From Diadema antillarum (lineage: Eukaryota), in contig NW_027271001.1 of NCBI RefSeq assembly GCF_040938485.1, positions 3,906,001-3,970,000 on the forward strand: a stretch of 64,000 nt of DNA, given 5' to 3'. Shown here in pieces: positions 61,370 through 64,000 of this stretch; within the stretch, counting starts at the first letter, position 1, and each line of letters opens with the position of its first letter. The notes beneath the pieces are model-generated. The model did no database searches, was not told the origin of the DNA, and was given only the letters and a program-made list of their open reading frames with translations. The translations under genes and the position numbers were made by a program.

Positions 61370-64000
61370 TTAACATGTTTAAAAACTGTGAATCAGTGTG
61401 TAGGCCCCATTGAACAAGTTGTTGCTGCTATAGTTTCCCAACATTGACTGAAACAACATCAAAAAGATAGCACTTTGCATGCAATATATTATTTTTGATG
61501 ATTTGAAAGAATAGACATGAATGAGTGACCATCAATGCAAAAGATTCTTTAATTCGTCGAAAGCCAACCTGAAAGTCGGGAACAACCTGTGATTTTGAAG
61601 AGCAAACAGTGGGGAATGTGTATATAAAGAAGACTCTTGACTGGGTTGTCGTGGGGTGGTGTAGAAGTGACTGAAAAAGGCAGGATCTGGCGCAGCAACG
61701 ATACTTTCTGCCTGTTTGTTAACAACATCACACAAAAGCAACACAGGTAAAGTATAAATATGTTGATGTATATAATTCATTTCGTATATTATATGAATTT
61801 TTTGTAAAAGTTTAGACAATATCATTTCACGATATGTATACTTTGTATCACGTTTTGATTTTCGTTGATTGGAAATAAACTATGATTGAACTGAAGTAAA
61901 AAATTGAAATAGCATAGCCTGATTTCTCCTATAACATACAGAAATATGACCAAGCTCAACTTTTGTTAGTGTAACGACATAACTGCTTTTGACTTGAATG
62001 TCATCTGAAAGGTGTTTCCAAGTTTCACTGAGGCTTGTCTGACATAGCAACAAGAATGTACACAATTTGTTGTGATACAGTAGAAATTAACCACTTTGAA
62101 ATGTCTGCACGTTAAATGAAGAGTGAGCATTTCCGCCGAATAACGTACACGTTGCATACAAATTGTATGCACACTTTGAAAAAAAAAACTGTTCGTGGCA
62201 TCCAAAAGGTTTACCTGAGGGTTCCCACAGACTTGCCTGACATAGCAATATCCAATGTATGCAAACTGGATTCCACGTGTTGAAAGGCATAGGGTATGTA
62301 GACCTTCAGGTGAACATAGTGAATGGGATAGTGATTCTGCACGTTTCTGCACGTTTCCATGTTACTAATGTGGTTAACTAAAGACATTGCAGGGTAACAA
62401 TCTTATGCAAGTTATGCTCAGTCTCTGTAGGGGAAGGTGCATTCCATTGTCGTTTGTTAATCGCATTGGTCCAGTTTCAACACTTTTACCGATGACTGAC
62501 AGATGACGTCACGGAAAGAACCTTGGTGTGTTTTTTTCTTTCTGGCGTATCCCAGAAATCTGAAGAAAATAGCAGAAATATTGTTTTACATTACAATACG
62601 GTACATATTGTTTAGATGATTCTTTTGGCCGCAAAAGTAATGATCAGGGTATAGCTTATCATAAAGCAATACAAGTCAACATGTAGTAGCTCTCCCTGAC
62701 TTGCCTGAAGAGTACAGGCCAACAAATTTTTCGACCTGTTCGATCCAAATAATTATATAAGCTCCGGTTACGTTATCATTTAGCTTTTGTTTTTTGTTCT
62801 GGTCTCACTATCAAAACCCCATCCCTGTTTATAAACTCTCCTGACTGTCATTGTTCATGTCATCAAGAGGAAATTCATCTGAAATAAGCATCAAAATCCC
62901 AACGGGTATATGCACCTTACTTTGACTAATTCACAATAGTATAGGTGTTACAGAACTACATTTCAGAGACTATACATATAATTATGATGACAGTCGTTGC
63001 TGATGGCATGCATCAGGAAAAGATATGAAATTGTGTTGTACGACCCCGGCCTGGTTAAAGTATTGCATAATCAAATGACCAAGATTCTGATACATATTTC
63101 GAGCAAATAAATCATAAGTAAAATTTATACCATGGACAACATAAGGAATTGGACATCAGGGGGCATTTACTTTTGAAACAAGAACACAGGTTGGGAGAGT
63201 ATTCACGAAAAATGATGAAAATCGATAATGAAAGTCAAGCTGCACATGAAACAGTGGTATAAACCATGATCAAATTAGATATAAGCATAGGTGATCGTCA
63301 TAGTGTATAAGGTTCCCAGAGGCCTGGATATAAAATCTCTACCGAAGTTCCTTTTGTCGTTGTTGTTGCAGTTGGAATGGATCAAAAGCAATAAATTTAT
63401 CATATCAAAAGATTGTGGAGTTGCGATGAATTATCAGTGGTGACTTTTGAGAGGAGAGAGGTTGTCGTTACTCAATCATAGAGCCATAATACTGTAATAT
63501 TTCTAAGGTCTGTGGAAAGCAGAGGGCAAACAATAATTCATAGGACAGAGGTGATGACGTCATCACGTGATATAGTTGTCTATGCAGAATTTAATTGTCT
63601 CTTACAACTCTTCAGTGAAAATATGTGAAACTTTGGATTTTCGTAACGTTCTTATCTTTAATGCAAAGTGTAATGCAGCTTATACCATTCAGTTTCCGTG
63701 AGTTTATATTCCACTGACCAGTCATCTGTTATCAACGTGAAACTGAAATAGCGTTGCATTTGAACCATTCGGCAAGAGAGCTCAGCCATGCTAGCTTCAA
63801 TGTAGGTAAAAATAAGATTATACCGGTCATTTTTTACTGTAGTCATTAGTATCATTATTATAGATGTGGCTGTTCTATCTCAGTCCTTCTCAAACCAGTC
63901 TGACTATACCCTCTTCTTCTCGGCTGCCACTTCCGCGTCTGTATAAACGGAGGGTATAACATCAAAAACACCATCGAATGCTGCCAACGCTCTATGAGAC

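Overview
AT-rich, intron-containing eukaryotic DNA from a gapped draft assembly with five N-runs. By inference from tubulin sequence and repeat style it is a marine invertebrate, probably an echinoderm. The left 45 kb is a head-to-tail cluster of five alpha-tubulin genes, all on the minus strand, each starting with an ATG-only first coding exon (MREC N-terminus after splicing). Copy 1 is a divergent isotype (K40S, Asp-rich tail) with the vertebrate-type 4-exon layout. Copies 2-5 are conventional, lack the third intron and share a promoter/5'UTR module containing a small hairpin. Copy 3 carries seven single-base indels and is either a sequencing artefact or a very young pseudogene. The right part holds an intact piggyBac transposase ORF (54264-56111). 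It appears to lie inside an unusually large, about 15-kb, element bounded by TTAA plus 14-bp TIRs at 45890 and 60903. That element has an internal 2.3-kb tandem duplication and several splice signals that hint at a spliced leader or cargo. The rest is MITEs, LINE 3' ends and microsatellites. No rRNA, tRNA or CRISPR was found.
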